Positions 13,701 through 27,561 are shown, counted from the first letter of the whole stretch. The stretch: DNA of 59,532 bases, filler included, from Sphacelaria rigidula (GCA_964200075.2; 7 parts of 7 records of this genome joined end to end with filler, not necessarily neighbours in it); one strand, 5' to 3'. Notes: generated by a model not told the origin, from the sequence alone. Made by a program: numbers and translations.

Positions 13701-14026
13701 AGGAAAATGTAACTGCCCCAGCTGTCACTGCACTGTCTTTACGGCGCCAACAAGCGGCCTGGTGCCCCCTGTGTCGTCACGGTAACACCGATGCGCAGAG
13801 TGGCCTCCACAAGGCCTTTGCTCGGAGATAATTTCCTTACGACACTGGCCTCCAACAGGTCTTTGCTCGGAGATCCCTTTTCTTACGACCTACCTGTTTG
13901 CAGCGGTTTCCCTGCAGCATGCGCGTTTCGGACTAAGCTGAAAGTATAGCCTCGCTGAGCTCGTCACGAATCGCAGTACTTCCTCGCCGGCTACTTCAAG
14001 GGCAACATTTCGACAGGGTAAGGCCG

Positions 14027-14187
14027 TGTCTTATCGAGACAAAAAAAAAAACAAGCACGTCGAGGAACAGGCGTCCGAAGCAGCACGTTGATTGGTCGCG
14101 ACAACCATGGACCCGTCCGACGGCCAATCAATTTTCTGCTTCAGACGCTTGTTTCTCTTCGTGCTTGTTTTTTGTCTCGATAAGACA
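14027..14187. repeat. ~160-bp long inverted repeat (hairpin)
   Basis: TGTCTTATCGAGACAAAA..ACAAGCACG..AACAGGCGTCCGAAGCAG..TTGATTGG pairs with CCAATCAA..CTGCTTCAGACGCTTGTT..CGTGCTTGT..TTTTGTCTCGATAAGACA. Confidence 0.85.
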
Positions 14188-15717
14188 GCCGAAGGCCGTG
14201 TCTTCGCACACCATTTTTCGATCGAAAAAATGCGGTGGAAAACATAAATTCCGATCATCTGATAGGTGGTGATTTCAACCATCTTCAAAATGAACCACGA
14301 TAGTTGAAGTCACGACATATCAGATCGGAGTTTTCCTTTTGCACCGCACATTTTCGATCGAGACATAGTGTGCTAGGACACGCCCTGAATGGTGGCCCAA
14401 TGTTTCGGGCTGTGAAGTGGACCAGTTTATACTGTCGATGAAACTGGAACTGGAGGTGAACTGGAACTGGCGACAAGGGCGCCAGTTTGTCCAGTTTATT
14501 CGAGGTTTGCCGTTTTTGACCATTTTATACCAGGTTTAGTACAGGTATTATACAACAAAGATGTTTACACCGTTATATACAATTTGAGTGTACAATCAAT
14601 CAAGGCCTACACTTCACAGTTGGAGAGAAATATGGTGTATCAATTGAGACGGACGGCACTTCGAAGGCGTCGACGAAAATTGTTTGCGTCGATGACGCGT
14701 GAAGCAGCGGTGCATAGCTTCATTCTTCGTGTTTCGTGTTTCGGTCGACTTTCAACAGCATGGGTCTGGCGTGCTGTGGTATATTGGTACCATGGCACAT
14801 GAAAAACGGGTTCGCCCTGGGCCAGTCAATAGCTGACTACTTCAGGTGTTCTCCGCTTCTTTTGTCACGCCTGTTACATTGTTACCTCGTGTTCTTGCGG
14901 TTTTCCGTTTCGCTCGGCCGTAGCGTGTACAGGTCGGCCCGTCGAATGAGGAAAATGAAAAATAAAGAAGAGTTGTGACTTATACTGCGGGAGCATTGAT
15001 GCAGAACTGCCGAACGCCAAACCCCAACTGCCAATTGCCAGCAACTGCATGGCGAAGCGCGTTTTGAACACGATGCAGCACATATTCACTACACCTCGGA
15101 ATAATTATAGCGGCTACATACCACGGTTTGTCGTTTCACATCACATCCGAGAAAGAAAAAAAAAGGGTAACCCGCGACCACATAATACAAAATACACCAC
15201 GGTTTTCTGTTCAACTACACGCATATTTGATGGCCCAAACATGAATAATTTTGCGCTCGTATCCCCACGTGCTACCAACCTCGGCTTTCTTGTTCCCATC
15301 CTCCGCTCCTCACGGGGTCTCTGCTGCTGCATCCTAGAGATGAATGGTTTTCGAATCGCTCACCGCTTTGAATGGGATTTTGATGTCATCTAAGCCTCTT
15401 AGCTCCTCGACGTGAGGGGTCACATCTTTTACAACTACTCGTATCCAATTTTTTAAAGGAAGAACAAGCCAAATACCGCATTTTTTCTTGCCTCCGGCGG
15501 GGCTCCCGCGAGGCCCCCTCACCAACCGGGCTTTGAGCGCCGATGTGCCGAGTAAGTGGGAAAACATCGATGTACTAGCCGCCGGCGAGGCCAGTTTACA
15601 CATACGAGCTGGGCCATCTTAAAAGCGGCTAAAAGTCGCTTACGTCGGACGAGCACGAGTGTGACCCGTGGCACTCGCACTCGTTGGGCTGCTTGTTGGC
15701 CGTAAAAATTAATAGGA

Positions 15718-16938
15718 CGAGCACTCGAGTCATTGCTCGTTGTGGAAACTAACTAAAAGGGCGAGCACTCGAGTCATTGCCCGTTGTGGGAACAAACTCA
15801 TAGGGCGAGCACTCGAGTCATTGCTCGTTGTGGAAAAAAATAATGACCAACCGGGCCCCCAGAACGACCAATGAGGCAGGTTAGGAATGACGTGCCTGAC
15901 GCCCGCACGAATCAGTGGCACGTTGCTGAAAATCCGCGGATGTAACCGCAGGGTTATGACGAAGACCGAAAGTTTCATCCAATTTATTTTCAGGTGCAGG
16001 GTGCGCGTTAGGTTATGTACATCTGATATAGCAAGCAGTACGGGTCGCGGTAGAGAGCGTTCAAGAGGATGCGGCGACCGGCAGGCCGCCCGCCACTTGT
16101 GGCCTTGGATGATGACAATGTCCTTTTCACCTTGCCACACAGGCCTTTGCGGGCGGGGTGAGCCGCCATTTCCCTCTTTGTTGCATGCGACAAATTCTCT
16201 CCAAAAGGTACGAGCTTTGCGGCGCACATACATACAATACAGTTTAGTAAAGGAAGTGCAGTACGCCTTCCCGACTGCAGCAGCTGCTGCCGCTGCATAC
16301 TCCCTTGCACGTTCTGGACAGTTCTCAGCGACGGAGATCAGCTGCCTATGCACAGCTTGTTCATCCCCGCCCACTACATACATGCTCACAGTGTTCTGCA
16401 GAGGCATAAGCAGATTTCATCACGGTAGCTACTTTACTCTTTTCACGGCCCACATGGGTTTAGTGCCTCGTGAAAATGACCACATCGTAGCATGTACACT
16501 CCTTCCCGGTTTTTCCGATCCACGTTGTGTTAGTGTAATTACTACGTTTTAGTATATAGGCTGGCGACCCCAAAAAACTCCTGGGAAACCCCGGGAACGC
16601 TAAACTGAGTGCAAGTAATACAATAAGCCATGCTCCGAGCACCCTGGCTTTAGGAATCTGGAAAGGCTTATCTGGGCCAGGGATAGGGTCCCCACACTAT
16701 CTTTGCAGTGACATCACACTCAGCAACAGTCCCCGCGCTGGTCGTTCGGGTCTGGTCGATAAATTTCGCCTCGCCGTGATTGGGCAGGTTGCTCCCTGAC
16801 TTCTTGTTTATTATTTCACGAAGACATGGTCAATCTCTTGTTAATGAGGGGTCGATCCTAAGAAAAAGGGCGAGCACTCGAGTCATTGCTCGTTGTGGAA
16901 AAAAATAATGGGGCGAGCACTCGAGTCATTGCTCGTTG
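15718..16938 (+). repeat. Two clusters of a 30-bp palindromic repeat with 43-44-bp period
   Basis: CGAGCACTCGAGTCATTGCTCGTTGTGGAA starts at 15718, 15762, 15806, 16871 and 16914 (the last copy is cut by the contig end). Confidence 0.85.
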
Positions 16939-18640
16939 NNNNNNNNNNNNNNNNNNNNNNNNNNNNNNNNNNNNNNNNNNNNTTAATTAATTAANNNNNN
17001 NNNNNNNNNNNNNNNNNNNNNNNNNNNNNNNNNNNNNNATGACTACGGCATGCATGATCATGACTACACCCCAAACTAGCTCCTAAACGGCCACGAAGCA
17101 AATAGCCCTACAGCACACGATAGCTGGTTTCAGACTGCATCAAGCGCCTTATATGGGCGGCATTGGCGCAAACGGTCCCCATCGTGGTAGTTCCCAGCTG
17201 CTCGGTATCCTCGGCTTTCGTCATTTTGATTCACGTGTAGATTTTAGCTCATAGTAACGGTCACTTTTCTGGGGGGAGTTATCGCGACATCTCTCCTTGA
17301 TCGGACAAAGTGTACGTGTGTGCGGCGGGCAGTGAAACACTCAAGGCCTTTCGACGTGATGTACGACAGAGCACACAAAGCCAAAGCTCGTAGCCATCAG
17401 CGCGCTGCTGTACTTTATTTGTGCAGTTTCATCGAGCTGCGGTCGATACCACCGTTAACATGTGATCATGGGGGGAACACTGCGTGTGGACTTCTCCAGT
17501 GTGACGCCGGGTGGTGCGCTCACACATACCGAAAGGTGCAGGCGCCCGGAATATGTGAGATGAAACACGCACTGCAACACTTCAAACAGTCAACACTTGT
17601 GTTTGTAAAATCCAGCACTCAGTGCTTTCACTCGACAAGTTCGCAAGATCTAGACCATCACTATTGCAGTATCCACCCCTCGCCCCCTGTTTTATCGCTG
17701 TAACATATCATAAGAATGACCCACTCAAGGTCCTCTTCCAGCGCGCCGAACCTTTGCCTCGGTCACTAATGCGACACACGGTTGGTGAAATGTGTACGCG
17801 TACATATCTCCTCTAAACTCAACATACTCACGCGTGCCCCCTCTCAACTCGCCTGCCCCAAGCCACATACTATCTCTGGACTTCCAAGATTCTTGCGTGT
17901 GCCCCTTACACATCTATCTGACTCCAGCCGCTCACGTGAGGACAGATTCGAAATCGGACACCCTCTACGGTTCTGCCACCGATTGCTTCCCTTGCGGTAA
18001 TTCTCGCTCTACTGTGTCCTTTCACAAGCTCCGAAAATGCTGTATACCCCGGCAACACTGCTCAACCCTTCGGAAACCCATTGGCGATTTTTGGTTTGTG
18101 AATCGGCAGTAGTTTGACTTGAGAATGACTGGAAGTGATGCCGATTCACTAAAACACCAACCGTCAATGGATTCCGAAAGAATTCAGGCGCCGAGAGGGG
18201 GCTCTTGCCGGCCTGTGGTCCCGTTGTGATTTGTGCGCTTGCATTGGAAGCCCTCGGTAAAACTCGCAGAAAATTCCAGTGCCCAATCTCTTCTGCGCGA
18301 GCGAGCACACGACACTACACCCTCTCCCGTCGTCGCCGCGGCGATCTAACACTCTACTTGTACAGCACCAAGAGACGAGCGGTTGAAACATTCCAAACAC
18401 TTCTTCACCTCTTGCGGGCAGCAACAAACAGCCGCAAAACGAAGGACACACCCAAAAAACGCTCAGTACCACACGCTGAATCGCTCAAGTGCGCAAATCC
18501 CCCACAAACTTCACTGTGTCGTCGTTTGCATTTGCGCGCCAGAATTTCCGCCAGAACATCGCCAAAATCGTTCCTGCTTTCGCTCGGTCCGCGCTACCTT
18601 ACCCGCTAGCTATGACGCTTATTCCTCACGCAACCAAGCC

Positions 18641-21600
18641 TCAGTTTCCGCTCTCCGGCTCGATGAGGCCCACACCACCCCCCTTTCGCTTGTAAACCAC
18701 GTTAACTTCCTTCGTTTCAGCATTGCGGAACAGATAGACTGGGTCAACAGGAGAACCAGACGGAGAGCGCAGGATGGGGGTGGGTGGGGGACCAAGTGAA
18801 ACGCACGCAAGCATGAGCATCGGACGTAACAAGCAGCGATGTTTCGTCACGTACTCAACCTTTCAAAATGAGGCTGAGCACGCAGATCAGAATGGTCAAT
18901 GTAAAAATAGGTCATGACTGAGTAATTCGCCCTCACGCAAAAAAAATACATTTTCCGAGACACGATGCTCCACGGTTCGGACGAATCATCGCCGGTTCGA
19001 ATAACCAAATCCACGATTTTTCAGACCCGATAACTCAACAAGGAGAAAACAAAGTGACCGCTGGTGTAAAAGGTCTCCACGCAATTTTTGCGCCATTCCA
19101 CGTGCCTGGGTTGCAACGCTGAAAAAAAAGCCCAAGGATTGGTTCGTGCCGCACGAATCAATCAAACTAAGATCAGGTAATTTCCAGACGAATCGTTAAT
19201 TTGTCCGACCCTTGCAATGCTCACAGTCGTGGTCGATGTAGTCCAAGCACATGACCGCCTCATCCACGGCGATTGGCGGCATAGGGAAGCTCTTCTTCTT
19301 CACCACGGACATGTCTACTAGACTCCCATATTTGTCCTCGTAAGGGTCTTCCTCGCTCTTCTGAAAAACAAGCATCACATACAGGTACACGCAGCACGAA
19401 TATGAGACATAAATCACAACTCATCTTTCCCATCACGATACAATCAATTGTGCGGCAACCGGCAAAGTCTCAACGCCATCGATATCCCGACCCTCCGCAT
19501 GCTCTCCCATTCGCTCTTCAACGTTTTTTTCCTGTCCATGCAAACCCTGCCAGGTACGTGCACACAAATCACCTCGAACCAAATCTGCTCGATAAGCACA
19601 ACGTACTCTGGAACCTATTCAGAACCTTCGGCTCATTTCACTGAACACTTATGATCGCTCCGAACCAGAACGATGAGAACCAACAACTGCGTGAGAACCC
19701 ATCGCAATGTCATCTCTCTCCCCTTTCGATCAATGCATGTAGCATATCTCACGACTACTTCCATTGCAGTATAATGTACTTCATTCCGATTGGCCCCTGC
19801 TGGCTCCAATCGTCAACCAGAAATGATCACGAAGCAACATCATGACCCACGTCTAATTCAAAGCGCACTCTAGATATAGAATCTCTGACGACTATTCGCA
19901 CACCGTGAAACGTACCGTCTCTGCCTCGAGTTCCGCAATATCTGCGCTGGCCTCCACCACCTTCAGCGCCAACGGAATGAGCGACCAAGCAGAGATCCAT
20001 ACGACAGGCGATCCAGCAAATCAGCGAGCCGCATCCACAAGACAAGAAATGCAACGAAGATCAAGCTTAGAGTGCGTCAATAGTGCAACAAGGGATGGGC
20101 GTACAACGCATAATGCGACCGCGGCTTACGAGTCTGTGTTGGGTATCAGGTCCACTTCGACTTGGAAAGTGGCGTCAGTGTTACTTGCGCCTATTGCGCA
20201 GGTGAACAGGGCCGCGCCCCCGTGGAATAATGGTCCGACTGTCGCCATTGGGGTGGAGAGAATGAGGGTTCGATTCCCGATGCGTTGGGCTTTTTCTCCG
20301 TAATGTACGATTTCCACCGTGGAAAGCGTGAGAACGTGAGCAAACAAAGTAGTGGACTGAGTTTGTTTGACGTGAGTTGACGCGGTGCGGGAGTGCTGAT
20401 AGTCATGACCCAATCCACGAGACCAAAATGCAAGGCGTGTACTGGGGAGAGACTGGTTGATCCCTTGAGACCACGGAGTCATCACGAGAGAAGGGAGGGG
20501 TTCAAAGTGTGACAAAAAAAAACAGGGGCAAACGGTGTGGTTCCACTACTACCTGGGCAGAAAGCTACGAGTAGCCGCGATGACTCGCACATACACACAT
20601 ACATGGCCATTGTGGACAAGCGAACTTCAGTATATAGACAAGATTCAAGGGACATACATTCAACTCCATCCAATATATGTCCATGAACGCAGGGTGGTGC
20701 ACAGAAAAAGAAACTTTTCTACTTAAAAAACACCGAAGATTAAAAAAAATACCGCCTACGGCGTCGGACACCGTTAAGGGTCTGGGTAATCATAAGGGCC
20801 TTCACTTATGGCACAAAGGAAGTATATCAAAATCATCCATCGGTATTTCTCTTCTCCGCGACGTTCCAAATTGGAGGGCAAATACCTCCCTTGAAAAGCC
20901 GCAAAACCCATCATATGCATGCTAGAGCAGCAGCTTTAAGGTGCAGTTCCTCGCTGCAGAGGGTACGTGGTGTGGCCCAACTCGTAACCAAATATCTCTG
21001 GACTCAAGACGCTAGGAACAGCCTGGAGTTTTGGGGGCATCGCTCTTCGGTATTTTTCAAAACGACATAATTTGAAGCTTGTTTTAGAGAGTTTTCTGCG
21101 CCCCAGCCTTGAAACTGCTCTGCGGGAACAGAGCTCGTGCAAGGCCGTTCCGAGGAGCAAGTTCACGTCGACAGAGAGCACCAAGTAGGTCTCGAAACAT
21201 TCTGGGTTACGGTGAAACTTCACTTCAAGAATGGACAGGTTCGCTTGGGGCACATCGAGGATTGTGTTGGGGTTCAGAATTGACCTGCGGTGTGCTGTTC
21301 CGAAACTAGACCGAAAAACTAGCGGTCGTCCATCGGTGCAAAGGATGGGTCTGATAGTTAAATGTGACTTTTCTGTGAGCTCTGTTGAGACCAAGTTTGC
21401 ACAACAGAGTGCACCCGTTAGCAGTCGATACGACTGCGTCAAATTGGGGTTCGCTGAACTCTCGAGGATTGATGTGAATAATAGTGGTTGTCGTGCAGCC
21501 TTCGGCCTTCCGTCTCGTGCTTGTGAATCTGACAGCGTACGGTGCTTCCTGAGAGAACTTTACCCCGTAGTGAACACAACAGACTGTAGTCGTAGATAGG

Positions 21601-23570
21601 GTCGGTTCAGCATGCAATACAATACATGCAGCACTGCACCAACACGTACGCAGTCGGTGTTGTGTAATTCTGATCATGAATATAAGACACGACTGACATA
21701 CAGCGTATCAGCACATGTATCTTATATTAATGATCACATTCGAGGGGGATTTCAAACGGGCCGCAACGCAAAATTGGAGCACGACACTTTTTAAACCACA
21801 GTTACAGCCTTTTTGAGGTGCTTCCATGCCGTGACCGCCCATACCAACCTGTCAACCATATGCCATTAATCCACCACGACTTGTACTTAGCGCCTACAGG
21901 GTAAATTGACTTGTTGAAAAAAAGGAGGATTCTGATTTTAAACATTTACTCCAGAACAACAGCGCACATTAGTCTATAGTAGATTTTGTGTGTTCTCTGC
22001 TGTGGTATGCTCGGCGGCCCTTCGACCACCGAGAAGAAGGAATGAGGCAGTCATCCCGGGGGCAAAAACAAATCTTCCCTATATGAAATCCGAACATTTT
22101 CTATCCTTGCTCATATTGCCAATGCAAGTCCGCACCGTACTTGAAGCTTCGATCTACCAGTATCGATTACCTCCGCGGACACGTCCCCAAGGTGCTGCTT
22201 GTGACGTCTAACGTCCACGGCCCGTTCCTTGAACCTCCGAAGTTTCCTCTTGATGCGGTCCGACACTAGATCCACGGAGGCGTACATGTTGGTGCTACAG
22301 GATTCACGACATAAGATACCCACAGGTCAAACGCGGGCAGGAAAAGGCGAACGGTTATCCGTTTGAGAGCCGGCAGATAGGCAAGCATACCTGTCGGTCA
22401 CCCATCAAGCGAACATTGAGCCGATTCAGCAGATGGAGAAGTCACGGTGCTACCAGTATGTACAAGGGAGGAGATATGAGGTTGGTTGGCGGCTATTAAC
22501 CCCCGACCGCGGTGCATGATGCAGTAAGCTCAAGCCGTACTACAACTCGAGAGCTTGAGGATTTCTCCGAGGGAGAACAGGACTATGCAGGGGATCCTGC
22601 TGCTCCCGCCACTGGTTGTGAAATTCCCTGAGCTTCACTACAGCGTGTTCGCGTTTAGGCGGGCATTCTGCCGACACTCAAGATGACCCGGAACCTTACT
22701 TGAAACGACATTACGATACTCATCAGTGCCACCCGACGACGGCGCGTCATGTCCGCACCTGGATTCCGTAGCCCTAATGACGTGGTTCTTGGCAAAGACG
22801 GTGACCTCGGTGTTGTGGTTGTCACTCACGCGAGGGTTCTTGTTTACGCTGAGGTGCACGTCCACCTTCGACACTGTGGAACCAAGCTGCAGAGAGAAAG
22901 AGAGAGACACGCACAGAGAGACATACAATAACCGCAACGGCAGACAAGGGCACGCAGTCACAAAAACAAAAGTTGGACTCAGCGCTTTCGAAGCGGCTTG
23001 CGTTGTATGCGGCAGGCAGCTGCGATAATCGCAGCGAGTAATACTCGAAAAAAGCGACAGCACGGAGACTGGTCGTAACCGCCACCCACCACCAACACTG
23101 GGCATTGGAGCGACGCTACGGTAGGGGTGCACAAATATTTTTCGAGGTTAGAACTGCTAGGAGCCCTTCATCTCATCCAAAACACGACTTACGACATATG
23201 TTAAGAGTACGCCAGGATTACTCTTCTAATGTGCTGGGGTTGTCCCGAATAATTTGCAAACGGGGATGCTCTGACCCACGTTCTTGCGCATCTAGAATCG
23301 TTGGGAGCCCCTGAACCCAGGCAAGATTTCCCGAATAGAGTGAACCTCTATCGCAGCATTGCTCATCGCGCCTGTCGTCATTATCTCATGAACGTACCCC
23401 CGGTGGCATACGCATCATCACGCCTTACCCAGTACCACCCTCGGGCAACGCCTCACCTTGTCGAGCACGTTGACTACCTTCTTCTCAACATACTCCTTGA
23501 GAGGCTCGGTGACTTCCATGTTGTTCCCCGTCACCAGGATAGGCGCTTTCCTCGAATCCTGTGCTACTGT
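18641..23570 (-). CDS. PSRP1: Ribosome hibernation promoting factor, long HPF/PSRP1 (sigma-54 modulation/S30EA family); exons 23570-23457, 22886-22759, 22294-22171, 19960-19916 (tentative), 19360-19225, 18738-18641
   Basis: The phase-consistent splice gives ILVTGNNMEVTEPLKEYVEKKV ... VDVHLSVNKNPRV ... [41 protein letters not shown] (HPF N-domain). It continues to [55 protein letters not shown] (long-HPF C-domain). The start codon is not resolved; a possible presequence exon lies near 24783-24886. Confidence 0.88.
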
Positions 23571-26500
23571 CTGTTGTGCGCGCGTCAAGTTTTGGGCAAT
23601 ATTGAAGAATTAAACGAGGCCCAAACGAGTGTGGTACCGCCTGCTTTTCTCGCATCGGAGGGAACGCATCTCTGCATCCATGCCTTTGATCCCAAGTAAA
23701 TACAAGGATAACCCTAGTGAAACCCCTCAGGACGGATAAGTAGGACGTCTTGTTATAGGAAAGCTCAGTCCACCATCAGAAATGATTGGAAGTGTCGCAG
23801 TCGCAAGCATCAGAGCAGAGCACCTCGCTGCATGGACTATATTGCTCACTCGAGACGCAGACAGTCGTCGAAGCAAACATCGGTTGTGTACCTTGAACGG
23901 AAACATATTATTCGGTGGGGCTTGAGGGACATCGAAGAAAGCTGCGAAGTGGCGCACTACTAACGGCACGGCTGCCTGTGAGCCTGCAAAAGGAACCATT
24001 CAATATATTGAGACACTCTGCATACAATCAATCAAGCCACTTGCAGTAGTGTTCAAGGGTCGGACAAATAATGAATCGTCTGGAAATTACTTGGTTTTAG
24101 GATAACGAGTCGACTCGTGACGAATCAACCCCTAGGCTTTATCTCAGCGTTACAACCCAGGTACACGCAGCNNNNNNNNNNATCAGGCCGAAGAAATCGT
24201 GAATTTGGTGATTTTGAGTCGTGATGATTTGTCCTAACCGTGGTCTACAATGGTCACCGCTTGGTCGATTAGAACCTTCCCGGATTTTTTGTACTTGATT
24301 TGAATGTGAACACCAGTATTCGGATCTTTAGCGGGGCTGACAGCCCCAACTGCCCCTCGCGTGCGCAGAACGCGTTTTCGTCACAATCGGCGCCTGGGGC
24401 GCCGTTGTGAGGTCTGCCAACGCCACACTTTGCCGAGGAAACGCTTCACACACCCCTCGTCCGAGGGTTATCGGTATGCCTTGGGTTAGGATTAGGGTTG
24501 ACGTTAGTGTCATTCAAAAAAAGATGTTTCCGCGAAATTTCGTCACCGACCAAGTGGTAAATACACCTCGCCACTCGAGTGAGAAGCACCTCGGGGCGAT
24601 TTTTACTGCAAGAACATGGGAACATGACCATCAATGATCGAAGTCCCAAGCGCTCGCTTTGGCAGCAAAAGAAGGAAACTGGACTGCGAGTACACTACTT
24701 CGCGATCGGATGCTTGAATAGTACAGGACGGCATTTTTTCACGGCCTACAAAAGGCTATCAACATACGTTGGAGCAGCGTACCATCAAGGGTGTGCTGCC
24801 AGCACGTGTTGGTCCAGCAGACGCCCACCGCCGTCGTGACCCTCCATGGGTCCGAGCTCCCGCACTTCTTGCAACAAAATGAAAACCTGGTTGGGCGGAC
24901 AACATAAACGCAATGCAAGCCGTTACATAGCCGTCGGAAGTGGGAGAGGGGAAAGTGCTTTGGACACCATGAAAACGCAGCGATGTGATTTGCGGTGCCA
25001 CCAGGTGTAACTGGTTTACTTAAGGTATTGGTTTATTCGGAGTTATGCCACGGTAGGGGTGATGCATATTTGGGCCCAAATACTTCTCATCGAGGGGCTT
25101 GAAGTTAGAAGCTACACAAGAACATAGCTGAGGACATTCCTGTTTCAACATTTATTCGCGGCCACACGATCACCACACAATCAACCATTAGAGCGCGCAG
25201 AGATGAACACACGAGTCTTGATCCATTTTTCAAGCGGACGTGATGCCGATGGAACACAAGGATACACCCGGGCGGTCAAATGCTTCACGAGAGCAGGTGC
25301 GACGTATAGCCCCCCTGTGCCGCTGCGAATCACACGCATATGTCTCCGTACGTGTTGGTGTCACACGTTTGTCCTCCCCCCTCCCCCCTCCTCACCTCTA
25401 GACTCTTGGGTTGGCATCGAGTGGCAACGGCGCTGTAAAACAAGCCACCAAAACCTANNNNNNNNNNNNNNNNNNNNNNNNNNNNNNNNNNNNNNNNNNN
25501 NTTAATTAATTAANNNNNNNNNNNNNNNNNNNNNNNNNNNNNNNNNNNNNNNNNNNNTCCGTCCCGGCTCTGTAGGGATACGAGGTCAATGGTCTTATGA
25601 CGATGGCATGCATGATCATGAGTACATCCCCCCTCCCCTGCAGCCACTCTTATCGTAGGATCATGAGAAATACGAGTAGCATGTTGAGCCGAGGTACTGC
25701 TACAATGGCATCTACGTCCTCGAAAAGTAAATGTGAAATAGGGATAGGCGCAGCACACGTGCAGCATTTACGCCATGAAACAGAAAGGACATAGCATCAA
25801 GCCCGCAAATTCAGACGTATGCATGTCGTGTCACGTATCACCAGTGCAGACATTCGTGAGTACGCGTTCTCACTTTTCTTGTCTCGTTAAAAGGGACCCT
25901 CGCATATGTGATGTATCACAACATTTTGCCTCCTACAGGTATCACGTTATATATATGTATGTAGTGATGTATATGTGATGTTTTACATAATCCTGTGCAA
26001 AAATTCAGGGTATATGAAGTTGACTACTAATATATACATTTCACGACGTGATCATGTTTCTCGTAGTACGTGGTCTTGAAGCTTACAACACCCGGGACGA
26101 TAAATAACATTGCCGAAAAGCGTAGTGCGTACAGTATTGACTTTTGCGTCTATTGCAACAGACATCATATTCCATACCGTATGTAGTACACTTTATGACA
26201 ATACAATCTATTGTCCAGGGTGTGAAGCTTACACACTGAGTGAAAGTAGAGCAGGGAATCCCGCATCACCCCCCCCTTGGAGAAATAGTCGGAGCGCATG
26301 AACCATAGCGAGATGGAAGACAATAGGAAGAAACCATTTGGTCACGTAACGTGCTGCGGTCAAGCGGACTCCAAGCTCTCACAACAGTGTGTACACCCCC
26401 TACCTACCTTACACCAGTACAATCGTCGAGCTGCATAATGAAAACGCGTTCGCGCTTCCTCGTCATGTAATGGTCCCAAACGTCACACACCATATGTTCA

Positions 26501-27560
26501 AACTGATCGCAAGGATGATATTCGTGTCGGGACTTGTTCCGGGTAATGGTGTCTCTTCATCCTCAAGTTATTGAAACGAAAAGTTCATTGTTATGAGTCG
26601 TGGTAACCGACAAATCCGGAGAAAAATGGTTCCAAAGGAACAATGTCGGTTCGACTGTCAACGCTAATTTGTAGTTCGTGACGAGGTATGAGTTACACCG
26701 CTTTTCGTCCTGCAATAGGTGACATGTTGTTGACGATAGTGGAGGGTAGTTGACAAAGTTTACGATTTATTGAATGACCTATACCGGGCAGCTCCTCCCG
26801 GCTCCGCAAATATGGACATCAGGGTGTCGTCTTCACGGACTCTTGTGCGTCATGCTACGGTGAGGGTGTACAGTTTTGGCCAAAGCGTGTCTGAGGTATT
26901 TTCACGGTGTGAAACATAACCCTTTGGGAACCCATTCACTATTTTTGTTCTTGTGAGTCGGCATTATTTTGACTCGGCATCATTTTGACTTGAAAATGGC
27001 TGAAAATGATGCCGATTCACACAAACAAAAATCGTCAATGGGTTTCAAAAGGGATAACAACGGCAATGTTCGCGAATTGCGATGTTTGCCTGCGAGAGGA
27101 TCGCCCGGCGTTCAGACGTAACTCGGTCTTAACTGCACGAGTGCCGTCAGTGCGCGAGAGTCTGAATCGAAAACTCCCGCACGCCGACCCAGAAACTATC
27201 CGTGCAACCCTACCGTACCACGACTATTTTGGAAATTGTCTGCTTGTACGAGTAGGCCCCCCCCTTTTTTTTCCCATGGTTTCATTGTATCTTATTTTAT
27301 TTGCTTTGTACTTTCCTCTGGTTTTCCTTGTTCTTGTTTTAGGTCGGCCATTTCTTTCTGTGCTTTGCTTGTGTTGGCTTTTTGTTACTTTTTTTTTGTC
27401 CCGACTTAGTCTGCTATGTCGTTCTGTTCGACCCCTCCTTCTTTTTTTTTTTTACTGTTTTTATTTTATTTCATTTGAGTGTTTTAGTTTCGTTCTGTTG
27501 GGTACGTCTATCATGAAACCACGGCTGGATCATGACCCCTGGGGGGTCAGTTAAAGTGCG

Positions 27561-27561
<1 letters not shown>

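Noticed and set aside
15718-15835. CRISPR array
   Set aside because: The linkers are only 13-14 nt and A-rich, there are no cas genes, and the context is eukaryotic.
15887-16552. 221-225-aa overlapping ORFs as genes or a hAT transposase
   Set aside because: No recognisable motif and no convincing splice structure; they lie between repeat clusters.
20936-21600. Decayed Ty1/copia RT fragment (SYRLLTGAL resembling YRSLVGAL)
   Set aside because: A single weak motif with no YVDD, LTR or integrase evidence.
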